Assembly: GCA_009843785.1 (NCBI GenBank)
Contig: VYCT01000339.1
Location: 4,228-68,227, forward strand
From: Candidatus Poribacteria bacterium
GTDB taxonomy: Bacteria > Poribacteria > WGA-4E > WGA-3G
DNA: 64,000 nucleotides
Direction: 5' to 3'
Shown: piece by piece, positions 39,780 through 48,512 of the stretch
Numbering within the stretch: the first letter of the stretch is position 1
Layout of the letters: every line of letters begins with the position of its first letter
Translations under genes and position numbers: made by a program
The notes under the pieces: model-generated
Databases searched by the model: none
The model's input: only the letters and a program-made list of their open reading frames with translations
What the model was told of the DNA's origin: nothing

Positions 39780-40763
39780 ATGGAAATTACGTTAAAGGCA
39801 TTGCCAGACCAAGAGACTGTCCCATACGTGCAGGCTATTACCAATAATCAGCAATGCAACTCTTGTAACCAAACTCTTACGTTTGACGAAAGCTACAGAA
39901 TAATTGATAACAGCGTTTTATTCTATAGGGAACCTTATTTCACCTGCGGATGTAAGCAATTTATTTGGGTCTCGTTTCTTCAATCCGATTCAGAGTATAT
40001 CAGTGACCCCAGAGAACTCTCTAATCTAATCAATCCTGAAACACACTCAAAAGCGAAGGTTGTAAAAGTTTCACGTGCGGATATTAGATTTCTTAAAGAA
40101 GACCTAAAAAGCAATAATATCCAACCAATAGACAATTACAATTCACTATACAAATCAGTAATCACCCTTTCTATGCAGATTCAACTCACCTTTATATTGA
40201 AGCCTGAAGCATTTTTTCATGTAGATTTTTGGGAAACAGAAAGGACCGGACTGTCAGATTTCATAAATAATATTATTCGTAATTCAGGCAATTTATTTTG
40301 GTTGGAAGTTAAACGCCTTCTACTGATAGAGAGTACCAGATTAATCGGGAACTTAGTTGACAAGAGAACTTCAGATACTTTCAATCTTAATGTGCTAAAA
40401 AAGAAATACCCTAATATTTCCTCACTTAAAAAGCTATCAGACGAATTCGATTGCAAAAAAGGAAAATATTATAAAATTCGCCGGTTTAGGAATAAATGGT
40501 TATCCCATACAGAAGCAAAATATAAGACAGCCAGCGAAGATGAACCTAATCAAAAATTATTGGCGGAATGCTTAGAGGATATAATAGTATCCGTTAACGA
40601 TATAAGCCAAGCCATGGGGCTTACATTCACAATAGAACATATTCAACTCGATACACGCACAGAGCAACGCGATTCCCTGTTATCAGTGTTAGGAAAAATC
40701 AATTATGCCTTGGACACCGAAAGAAGAGAGGGCGAGAACAATGCCGGTACTAACAATCAATGA
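39780..40763 (+). CDS. Hypothetical AT-rich protein with N-terminal Cys motifs and a possible C-terminal HEPN-like R-x5-H motif; a candidate Abi-type defense gene.
   Basis: CNSCNQ and CGCKQ zinc-ribbon-like pairs are present. 'RFRNKWLSH' fits Rx4-6H. It has the lowest GC in the window and sits between the restriction-modification genes and the integrase. Confidence 0.35.
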   Translation: MEITLKALPDQETVPYVQAITNNQQCNSCNQTLTFDESYRIIDNSVLFYREPYFTCGCKQFIWVSFLQSDSEYISDPRELSNLINPETHSKAKVVKVSRADIRFLKEDLKSNNIQPIDNYNSLYKSVITLSMQIQLTFILKPEAFFHVDFWETERTGLSDFINNIIRNSGNLFWLEVKRLLLIESTRLIGNLVDKRTSDTFNLNVLKKKYPNISSLKKLSDEFDCKKGKYYKIRRFRNKWLSHTEAKYKTASEDEPNQKLLAECLEDIIVSVNDISQAMGLTFTIEHIQLDTRTEQRDSLLSVLGKINYALDTERREGENNAGTNNQ

Positions 40764-40875
40764 CATAGAAGTTGGCATGAAATTTAGGTGCCTATCGCCA
40801 GTTCACGTCCGTCCTTATCCGCGTTGACGAGAGTTGTTGTGGTTTTCAACCTCTTACAGAGAAGGATGATGCTAT

Positions 40876-41619
40876 ATGAAAGGCACAAGACCCCTCGATA
40901 ACGACGAGATCAGACAAGTTGCCGCATGCTTTGACGGCAGCTTTGAAATCCGTAACCGCGGGCTTTTCATGCTCGGCGTAAGTACTGGCGGACGTATCTC
41001 CGAATTGCTCAGCCTACGCGTCGGGGATGTCTACCAAAACAAGCGTCCCGTGACCGATCTCCTTTTCGATAAATCCGTCGTCAAGGGGGGTGAGGTTTCC
41101 AGAGCTGTACCCGTCAACAGCGATGGTCGACGCGCCATAGAAGACCTGATCGCTTGGCACGGCGAGCGATACCAGAACGCCGACAAAGATCGTCCGCTAT
41201 TCCCATCGAGGAATGGGCAGGGCGAGAAACGGATGTCGCGCCGAACCGCACACGATGTTTTGAAACGTGCTTTTGAGGCAGCAGGGCTGAACGGTCATCT
41301 CGCGACGCACAGTTTGCGAAAGAGTTTCGCTCAACGGCTCTATGATCGCACCGGTGATATTTTTGCCGTGCAAGAGATGTTAGGGCATAAATCTGTCACG
41401 ACGACCCAGAAATACTTGGGCGTGAATTACGCGAACATCAAGGAAGCCGTAGAGGAGATGGCGGTTGCCAGTGAGCTGCACATTAGCGGACTTTTGGGCA
41501 GTGCAATCAAAAAAGAGAAGGACGAAACCCTGTTCCTCGAACTCGCACTCCGCGGGTACGACCTCTCCAATTTGCGAGATGACAACGAAACTACAGCCGA
41601 AATCGTCAGGATCAGTTAA
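40876..41619 (+). CDS. Tyrosine-type site-specific recombinase (integrase), a short form with the catalytic domain only.
   Basis: Box I reads RNRGLFMLGVSTGGRISELLSLRVGDV. Box II reads HSLRKSFAQRLYDRTGDIFAVQEMLGHKSVTTTQKYL (R..H..R..Y). At 247 aa it lacks the usual N-terminal core-binding domain. Confidence 0.8.
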   Translation: MKGTRPLDNDEIRQVAACFDGSFEIRNRGLFMLGVSTGGRISELLSLRVGDVYQNKRPVTDLLFDKSVVKGGEVSRAVPVNSDGRRAIEDLIAWHGERYQNADKDRPLFPSRNGQGEKRMSRRTAHDVLKRAFEAAGLNGHLATHSLRKSFAQRLYDRTGDIFAVQEMLGHKSVTTTQKYLGVNYANIKEAVEEMAVASELHISGLLGSAIKKEKDETLFLELALRGYDLSNLRDDNETTAEIVRIS

Positions 41620-42265
41620 ACCGTCCAATCAACCCCATAGAAGACCCACCCACAATCCCTGCAGTGCGCGCCGATATTAAGGTGCTTGTCTCTCGTCCGA
41701 CGGTTGCTTTGACTTGACCGCTACGGCAGGCGAAATACGGCATGGCGAAGACATGCAGAGATGAAAAATACGAAAGTCGCTACGCTCCATTTTTCACCAC
41801 TGCCGCCAGCCAATACCGCGCTGCCTCCGCTACAGTTTCTGCTCGTGCAACGTCCCAGTAAACGCCGAAGTGCGCATTTTTTAAAGATAAGGCACGCCCT
41901 GCACCTTTCGCAATTTTCGCAGCCTGTCGCAGCATTTCGCAGCTTGCGTCGGTAAGGACAGATATTATTCAACCTCCAACAGAAAACAAAAACAAAGAGT
42001 TGTAATCCGAGCGGTTTTCTGGGTTTTCTGTCCGCAAGCAAGCGAAAGGATAGGGAAGAGTTCAAATAACGCTTGCTTGCTGCGTTTAGATAAATTGAAG
42101 TTGCTAATTTGGGCAGGATAGAAAGCACAGGGCTTTCACCGCGGTGCGCGTTTGGGTATCAGATCAGCGCAAGCCTAAGCGGAATTTAGGCATAAACCGG
42201 TCGTTTGGGCAAAAAAAATGCGCATTCTTGCCGAAAAAAACGCAAATTTTTTAGCAATTTTATTT

Positions 42266-42294
42266 GACTTTTATTGGTTTATGTGGTATAATAT
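42266..42294 (+). promoter_or_regulatory. Strong sigma-70-like promoter (TTGACT, 17-nt spacer, TATAAT) driving the early-gene block that starts at 42414.
   Basis: 'ttgacttttattggtttatgtggtataat' is followed by ~110 nt of leader and then the RBS GAGGT with ATG at 42414. Confidence 0.5.
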
Positions 42295-42413
42295 ATATAA
42301 GAAAAACGGCAGGGGTTCACCGCTAAATGATTCCCCTACCGACTAAATCCACGACTTGCGTCGCTTGCTTTAATTATACCTCGCAATGCGGCGAAAGTCA
42401 AACTTTATGAGGT

Positions 42414-42791
42414 ATGATGATGATAGAAATCACATTGCACGGGCGAAACGGTGTCCGTACAATCCAAATCAAACCCCGCGGTTTCCCAACGCGCCATGTG
42501 CGTACAAGACAGGTGGCCGCGCCTGTTTCCCCAATTCCCCCGCCTCCCGAACCGCCACCGGTACCAGCTTGCCCAGTGCTCGCAGCATTCCACACGCTGC
42601 AGCGCGTCGTCGGTGGCAACGGCTACTTCATCCTTGATGAAATCTTTAGGGTCGTCCGTCAAGAGGGTGCCTCGCTCTCCCGCGATGCGCTCCTCGAAAC
42701 GCTCCGGTCTTACTACCGAGACGGCAAAATCGCGTTCCGGCAGGGCTACGGCTCGCAACTCCAGTTTGCGCTGAAGGGGGAAACAGTATGA
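42414..42791 (+). CDS. Hypothetical protein, Pro-rich.
   Basis: ORF with an RBS, downstream of the promoter. Confidence 0.4.
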   Translation: MMMIEITLHGRNGVRTIQIKPRGFPTRHVRTRQVAAPVSPIPPPPEPPPVPACPVLAAFHTLQRVVGGNGYFILDEIFRVVRQEGASLSRDALLETLRSYYRDGKIAFRQGYGSQLQFALKGETV

Positions 42792-43084
42792 AAAAAACGT
42801 TGTCCCCGGATGCCCTCGCTGAACTGGCGCGGGTATACCTCAAATCCGCTTGGATCGCAGCCCCGCAATGGGACTTGCTGAAAAAGCGATGGGTCCGTAT
42901 TTCACCACACGGCACTGCAACCTCGAGTTGCGGTGTCCCGGACTTCACCGGCATCCCGAAAACCGATGCTGACATCAAACCACATCAACGGTTGATGTGG
43001 CGACGGTGCCAACGGTGCCATCTCATCCGTCCGTGGGGTGGTTGCTATCGGAATTCAACGCCCTATGTAGAACCCTGGAGGTAA
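42788..43084 (+). CDS. Hypothetical protein.
   Basis: ORF overlapping the previous stop by 4 nt (operon-like). Confidence 0.4.
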   Translation: MKKTLSPDALAELARVYLKSAWIAAPQWDLLKKRWVRISPHGTATSSCGVPDFTGIPKTDADIKPHQRLMWRRCQRCHLIRPWGGCYRNSTPYVEPWR

Positions 43085-43390
43085 ATGATGAAGCATACAC
43101 CGAATCCTCGGCACCGGTACCATCGGAAGTGCCAGTGCGCTCCGTGCCGGAAAGTCCGGTATGTCCTGATGGGTCTTGAACCCCGCGAGCGGATGTCCGT
43201 AAACGAACTGCGAATCCTTCTGAACGCGTGCCACGATTACGGCACCGTTCATGAAGGCGATTTCCCAACCCTTGAAGCACTTGTCCAAGCACAGGCGGAG
43301 TGCCGGCTGCGCGCAACGGATATGCACAGCTCCGGTGAAATCCTGATTATCGGTCGGGATGCCTGCTACGTCACCTTCAAGGTTGACTAA
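43085..43390 (+). CDS. Hypothetical protein with a Cys/His cluster.
   Basis: The ORF starts at the upstream stop. HRKCQCAPCRK may bind zinc. Confidence 0.4.
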   Translation: MMKHTPNPRHRYHRKCQCAPCRKVRYVLMGLEPRERMSVNELRILLNACHDYGTVHEGDFPTLEALVQAQAECRLRATDMHSSGEILIIGRDACYVTFKVD

Positions 43391-43497
43391 ATAGTCACCA
43401 GTTACCAGTGGCTGTAGGGGCGAGGTAACCTCGCCCTTACAAGAAGTTTCTTTTCTGGTAACTGGTAACTGGAAACTGGAAACTATAAAAAGGAGAT

Positions 43498-43812
43498 ATG
43501 GCAGTGATCGATCTTCAAAAGAAAATCACACAAGCCGAATACGAGGCGAACAAAGCAGCGATTACCGCTGCGGTTGCCGCGCAGGATGCCGAGTTTATCC
43601 GTCAAGAGTTGCGGATGACAAACTGGACAGTGTTCCATCGCGACGAACTCGGTATCATTGCTGAATGTAAACCGACGCAAGCGATGTGGCAGTTGTGGCG
43701 TAGGGATCGGATCCAGATTGACAAAAGGGCATTACAGATAACCAAAAGAGACGGCGGTTGGATCGTTCAATGCTACGACAATGAACTTTCCGAGTTGCTG
43801 ATTAACGCCTAA
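43498..43812 (+). CDS. Hypothetical protein.
   Basis: ORF preceded by a heptamer-repeat element and 'TATAAAAAGGAGAT'. Confidence 0.45.
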   Translation: MAVIDLQKKITQAEYEANKAAITAAVAAQDAEFIRQELRMTNWTVFHRDELGIIAECKPTQAMWQLWRRDRIQIDKRALQITKRDGGWIVQCYDNELSELLINA

Positions 43813-43919
43813 AAACCGAGTAGCAGTCACCAGTTACCAGTCACCAGTGGCCAGTTAAAAGAGGTTTCCTCGCTGGCAACTGGTAACTGGCAACCACTAT
43901 AAAAAGGAGATACACATAT

Positions 43920-44249
43920 ATGTGCACCATTCAAGCTAAAAACGATGCTTTCCGAAAAGCCGTCATGTTCGCGCCCCATCCCGACGGTAAAGCCGTTATG
44001 ACCCCCGGTGTGGCGCGTCTCGGCAGCGCGGTGTGTGCTCGGATTTACAAGCAGATCGCCGAGTTCGATGACTTTACCGAGGACAATGACCCCTACGAGG
44101 ATCACGATTTTGGGAGTATCCAACCGCAAGGACTTCCCAAGATATTCTGGAAAATAGACTATTATGAGGATGCCGATATGGAATACGGGGCAGAGGATAA
44201 ACTGAACGCCTACCGCGTCCTTGTTATCATGCTTTCAGAGGAGTATTAG
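43920..44249 (+). CDS. Hypothetical protein.
   Basis: ORF preceded by a heptamer-repeat element and 'TATAAAAAGGAGAT'. Confidence 0.45.
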   Translation: MCTIQAKNDAFRKAVMFAPHPDGKAVMTPGVARLGSAVCARIYKQIAEFDDFTEDNDPYEDHDFGSIQPQGLPKIFWKIDYYEDADMEYGAEDKLNAYRVLVIMLSEEY

Positions 44250-44250
44250 C

Positions 44251-44445
44251 ATGAGGGAGACCCTCAATTTCTATTTCACGAACCCCAAACCGACACCGCT
44301 GCGTCCGATAGAGATCGAAAACCACCGAAAGGTTATCTGCCTGCTCCAGCGACGTGGCGTTGATAACGCGCACCGGCTCAGTTATGATGCAGGTAGAGAA
44401 TTGCTGGCGAAACTCATAGCCGTTGAGGTCCGCGAGAAAGAATAA
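44251..44445 (+). CDS. Hypothetical small protein.
   Basis: ORF; the start MRETLNFYF comes 2 nt after the upstream stop. Confidence 0.35.
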   Translation: MRETLNFYFTNPKPTPLRPIEIENHRKVICLLQRRGVDNAHRLSYDAGRELLAKLIAVEVREKE

Positions 44446-44862
44446 ATGGAGGCAGGGGCGGATAATGCTGCCCCTGATATTTTGATGCCCAAGAATTTTA
44501 ACTACTACAAGATGGGCGCGGTTGCCTATCTTTTCATAAACGAACCGGATAAAACCGTGAAGGAGATCGCCGATGCGGTTGGTATCCGCGAGAATACTGT
44601 CCACCAATGGCAAGCGAAAGGCGAATGGGACAAGGCGCTCGATGCGTTCAACTTCACCGGCGATAGAAGCCTCCGCAGGAAAGCCGCTCGCGATCTTGAA
44701 CGTGAGAGTAGCGACGTGATCGCCTTGGCGGAATCGATGTACCGTGAGGCGCGTGATACGGGGATGAACAAGGGACAGGCATCCAAGCATACCGCTAAAA
44801 TCGTCAATGTTTCTGAAAAAACCATCTTTAACTGGCGCAAGCGGTTTGCATGGGATGAGTAG
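44446..44862 (+). CDS. HTH-domain protein (two helix-turn-helix-like segments); a putative transcriptional regulator.
   Basis: VKEIADAVGIRENTVHQWQAKG and VSEKTIFNWRKRF resemble HTH_23/28-type motifs. Confidence 0.4.
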   Translation: MEAGADNAAPDILMPKNFNYYKMGAVAYLFINEPDKTVKEIADAVGIRENTVHQWQAKGEWDKALDAFNFTGDRSLRRKAARDLERESSDVIALAESMYREARDTGMNKGQASKHTAKIVNVSEKTIFNWRKRFAWDE

Positions 44863-45038
44863 GCTTCGTCATTTGACGAAGGGATGAGTTATAGACTGTA
44901 GCGCGTAATGAAGCAGATCGCTTATGGGGTTTTTGCTGGGGTGTTTCTTCAAGTACGCCGCAAAATGGAGCGCGGATCTACGGAGAGGCACTTCATTCAT
45001 CAAACTGACTTGACCGAACCGCAAGGAAAGTTAAAAAA

Positions 45039-45236
45039 ATGAAAGAAGATCGACACATCTACATGTTCACGCCTGCCGGTTGGCAACATCTTGAGACCGG
45101 CAAAGTTGTCGAGTCTGGCGGCATTCCGCTCGACGCAGAAGATGTTCAACGGCTCAAAGAATTGTATCTCGAAGAAGAAGTTAACAGTGACCAGTCACCA
45201 GTTACCAGAGAAGAAAAGCGTTCGTCAGGTGAATAA
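45039..45236 (+). CDS. Hypothetical small acidic protein.
   Basis: ORF preceded by a conserved ~75-bp promoter-like element that is repeated at 63715. Confidence 0.4.
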   Translation: MKEDRHIYMFTPAGWQHLETGKVVESGGIPLDAEDVQRLKELYLEEEVNSDQSPVTREEKRSSGE

Positions 45237-45317
45237 GTTTCCAGTTTCCAGTTTCCAGAAAGAAATGTTTGGAGAATCACAAACCCTCTTAACTGGTTAC
45301 TGGTGACTCATATAAGT

Positions 45318-45581
45318 CTATCGCGATCGGAACTTCCGCCCCCGCTTGCGTCTCGGTTTAGCGGTGATGGGGTTCTGTTCTTGTGCTGCACGGAAAGCGA
45401 CTTTTTTCTCGAAAGCTTCGCGATCTCGCCGCTCACGCGCAAGTTTCCGCCGCCGCTGGAATTGCGGACTCGCATAGTATTCTTCCTGCGTTATCTTACG
45501 AGGTGCAGGGTCAACTTTTTTTTCTTCGACCGTTAGCAGCAGTTCTTCTGGGCTTATGATTCTATTTCCGTGTTTATCCAT
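45318..45581 (-). CDS. Hypothetical basic protein.
   Basis: ORF, Lys/Arg-rich. Confidence 0.3.
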   Translation of the reverse strand: MDKHGNRIISPEELLLTVEEKKVDPAPRKITQEEYYASPQFQRRRKLARERRDREAFEKKVAFRAAQEQNPITAKPRRKRGRKFRSR

Positions 45582-46015
45582 CTGTTACCTGCCATTTTCT
45601 ATAGGACTTTATATCACTCTGTATCCACGTCACAATATGCCGGACGGCTCTATACACCCTAACAAAAAAACCTTTTCTTTTCGGATTCCGCCACGGCGCA
45701 GGCTGTAGTGATAAATGCCAACCTGCTTGTAGAAGTTTGTATGGCTGAATGAGCCCGTAACACAATAGGAAAGCGAGTAAGTTCGTTTCACGGGTAAAGA
45801 AATAATAGCGATTTCTAACTGTGAATGCAATAGAGCTGAAAAAAGGGTTTTCGTTTGACATGATATTCCTTTGAAAATGTGTGGCACCGGATATGCAGTC
45901 CACACACGACAGCAGCCATAGTGAGGTTCGCGGCATATCCCGCTCGCCTCTGCGAAAGTCATCCGATCACTATCATCGTGATGGGATGCTTTCGCTGGCT
46001 TTTTTAAATGACTCC

Positions 46016-46837
46016 CTAAAATGACAGTTTGACTGCGGCAAGGGTTGCCAATTCGGTTTCAATCGCATCGTTGAACGTCTGCAGCCCGAAATTCGCGCCG
46101 ATTTCAAGGTTGATATTATCGCGCAGCTCGAAACTCGTAGATGGCGTGATAATCAACTGGTGCACCGGGTTGTCACCCGCGCCTGCTAATTCCGGCATCA
46201 AGCGGACACCCAGACTCACATCGTAGGGCAGATGGACTTCCGTTGACAGTAGCAGATTGACACTGTTCCCGGCTTTGAAAGACAATCCACTCGGCGGCGG
46301 ATGCAAGGTTTCAAGATCGCGTCCGTCAAGTGCGTTCGGATCGTAGCCGAGATTTTCAAGATCGTCCCGCGCATTCGGGGGTCCGAAAGGACCGGCGTTA
46401 CGACCGAACACGCCGATGGAAATAGGGAATTTGGCGTTTCCGTGTTCAAGCTGCACCTCAATTGCCAAGCCGACATCTGCTTGCCGACCGAGATCACGGA
46501 CCGTCGGTCCCTTGAAAACACCGTCTGTGAAGACTTTAAACTGGAAAACGTTCCGGTTGGGAGACCCAACCCCTACGGGAAAATTGATTTCGGCGTGATA
46601 CTTACCGCGGACAACATTGCCGCCGCCTTGTGCGATCGCGGAGACATGCCCATTCTTAAACGGCACTGCACCGAGCGCGCCCCACCCGCGGTTACCGGCA
46701 ATCTCGTTAAATGTGATAGCAACGCTCGTGTCGTCAACTTCTGACGGCAGCTGCGCATGCGCGAGCGCACCGTAAAACATCACAAGCCCGACAATCATTG
46801 CTGCCCAAAGCCAAAGTCTCGTCTTCTGGAAAAACAT
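46016..46837 (-). CDS. Putative outer-membrane beta-barrel protein (moron).
   Basis: Signal peptide (LWLWAAMIVGLVMFYGALAHA), alternating amphipathic strands, and a C-terminal ...AAVKLSF with a terminal Phe. Confidence 0.45.
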   Translation of the reverse strand: MFFQKTRLWLWAAMIVGLVMFYGALAHAQLPSEVDDTSVAITFNEIAGNRGWGALGAVPFKNGHVSAIAQGGGNVVRGKYHAEINFPVGVGSPNRNVFQFKVFTDGVFKGPTVRDLGRQADVGLAIEVQLEHGNAKFPISIGVFGRNAGPFGPPNARDDLENLGYDPNALDGRDLETLHPPPSGLSFKAGNSVNLLLSTEVHLPYDVSLGVRLMPELAGAGDNPVHQLIITPSTSFELRDNINLEIGANFGLQTFNDAIETELATLAAVKLSF

Positions 46838-46979
46838 GAGTTTTAACTCCTTTTTTTAAAGTTGCCAGTTACGAGTTACCAGTTTCCAGTTAAGACCTTG
46901 TGGCGGTTACCTTTCCTGTTACTGCTACAAGAAACCTCTTTTACTGGTTACTGGACACTGGTTACTGGAAACTATTCTA

Positions 46980-47483
46980 CTATACATTTTCTGACGCGTG
47001 GTACCGGTGTACCACGACCACTCTAAACCTAATTATCTCAAATTTGGAGATAGTGCCTTCGCTACCTCGCCAACTCACAATACGTGTTCTTTCTGGGTTG
47101 ACACCTTCGACACCCAGCGTCGGGTTGCTATTAATAATCTGTCCGATCGAATAGTGGATGTCGGATGCCTGTTCTGTCAGGTCTTTCGCATCTGGACCTG
47201 TTTCCTCCTTCATCACGGCAGTGACCGCGATGGGAAAAACTTCGTCGATATAACCGATAACGTCTGAATCCGGTGCAGAACCGCCATCGCCATAAGTGAG
47301 CAGCAGTGCCGGCAGTGCTTCTTGCTGGTCTAACGCCGTCCAATGCACAAACCGTTTCTGAACTGTCTTGACATGTATCGGAAACCCTGAATCCTCTTTC
47401 GTGAGTTGCTTAAACAATCCTTCGAGGGCGTTGATAATCTTTGCTCGGCGGTGTGTGCCGATTACTTGTGCTTGTTCCATCAA
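46980..47483 (-). CDS. Hypothetical protein.
   Basis: ORF in the minus-strand late block. Confidence 0.4.
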   Translation of the reverse strand: MMEQAQVIGTHRRAKIINALEGLFKQLTKEDSGFPIHVKTVQKRFVHWTALDQQEALPALLLTYGDGGSAPDSDVIGYIDEVFPIAVTAVMKEETGPDAKDLTEQASDIHYSIGQIINSNPTLGVEGVNPERTRIVSWRGSEGTISKFEIIRFRVVVVHRYHASENV

Positions 47484-47526
47484 TTATCTACCTCATTTTA
47501 GATCTTAGGGCGAGGACTATCACCCT

Positions 47527-47721
47527 TTATGCTTTACCGCCAATCTCAAGCGTGACCCATTCTTGGTCGAGAAGCTCACACAAGTCAATAATAGCGGCAC
47601 GCTGCCCAGTGGAATCCATCGGTATGTCGAGCGTCAACGTGGCGAATTCCGGGTCTTTGATGTCGCCTTCTTTGTCAAATTTGACAGGCGTTATCTGAAT
47701 CTTTTTGAGTTTGGCATCCAT
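47527..47721 (-). CDS. Hypothetical small protein.
   Basis: ORF. Confidence 0.3.
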   Translation of the reverse strand: MDAKLKKIQITPVKFDKEGDIKDPEFATLTLDIPMDSTGQRAAIIDLCELLDQEWVTLEIGGKA

Positions 47722-47824
47722 TCTGGACTCCTTGGCGTAATAGTTGTTGGTGGTTGGTTAAGAGGATTCTGATTTAATCCAAAACCTCTTAACTTATAAC
47801 TTATAACCAATAACTATTAACCAC

Positions 47825-48481
47825 TCATTTTCGTTCATTGATCGTAACTTTGACGAGGTCATTGTCAACATATTTCAGGCTCTCAAGTAACCCTTTGGTT
47901 CTTGGGTCTACGTTGCCCGAAATAACCACTTCAACAGTCGCCACAGGCTCCACCGTTTCCGGTTCGGGTTCGGGTTCCGGTTCTGGAAACGTGGCATCAT
48001 CGACTTCGGTCGCCACCTTTTCTACAACTTCTTCGGAGACCTGTTCAAAGATCGCTTCAGCGGGAGCCTCATGCCCATTGATGACCGTTTCAACCGCTTC
48101 TTCTGTGATTTCGGTAGGCGTTTCTAATTTCTGAGTCGCGTCTACCGCTGCCTGTAAGGGTGAGTCGGCAGCGTCCGCAGCAGCCTTGAATACCCGCTCG
48201 GTTGGAGTGAGTTCACCTTCGTCTACTTCTCGCGAATGTGCGTCATCTGCGGTTAATTGTTCATGCTCACCGAGGCGCGCTGCAATCTGTTCGAGACGTT
48301 TTTCAAGTCCGCCGATCTGCTTCATTGCGCCGTCAACACCTTCTTCAAGTTGCTCAAATTTCGGTTCGATCTGGCTAATATTCACTTTCAAAACCTCCGT
48401 TTCAGTAAAGAAGTTAGCAGTTTTTCCAGTTACCAGTTTCCAGTTACCAGAAAAGAGAAAGAAACACCCAAGCAAAAACAC
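47825..48481 (-). CDS. Hypothetical acidic coiled-coil protein with a PEPEPEPE repeat.
   Basis: The N-terminal coiled coil (IEPKFEQLEEGVDG...LEKRLEQIAARL) is paralogous to the N-terminus of 48513..49235. Confidence 0.45.
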   Translation of the reverse strand: MFLLGCFFLFSGNWKLVTGKTANFFTETEVLKVNISQIEPKFEQLEEGVDGAMKQIGGLEKRLEQIAARLGEHEQLTADDAHSREVDEGELTPTERVFKAAADAADSPLQAAVDATQKLETPTEITEEAVETVINGHEAPAEAIFEQVSEEVVEKVATEVDDATFPEPEPEPEPETVEPVATVEVVISGNVDPRTKGLLESLKYVDNDLVKVTINERK

Positions 48482-48512
48482 TCTTAACTGGGTACTGTCA
48501 CACTGGTTACTG

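Noticed and set aside
41721-42128. 135-aa minus-strand ORF in the non-coding region after the integrase.
   Set aside because: No RBS. Cys/Arg-rich nonsense-like sequence. The region is better interpreted as an att or regulatory region.
44446-44862. HTH protein as terminase small subunit.
   Set aside because: It is 14 kb away and on the opposite strand from TerL. The winged-helix gene directly upstream of TerL (59994..60644), with its repeat array, is a far better TerS candidate. Kept as a generic HTH regulator.
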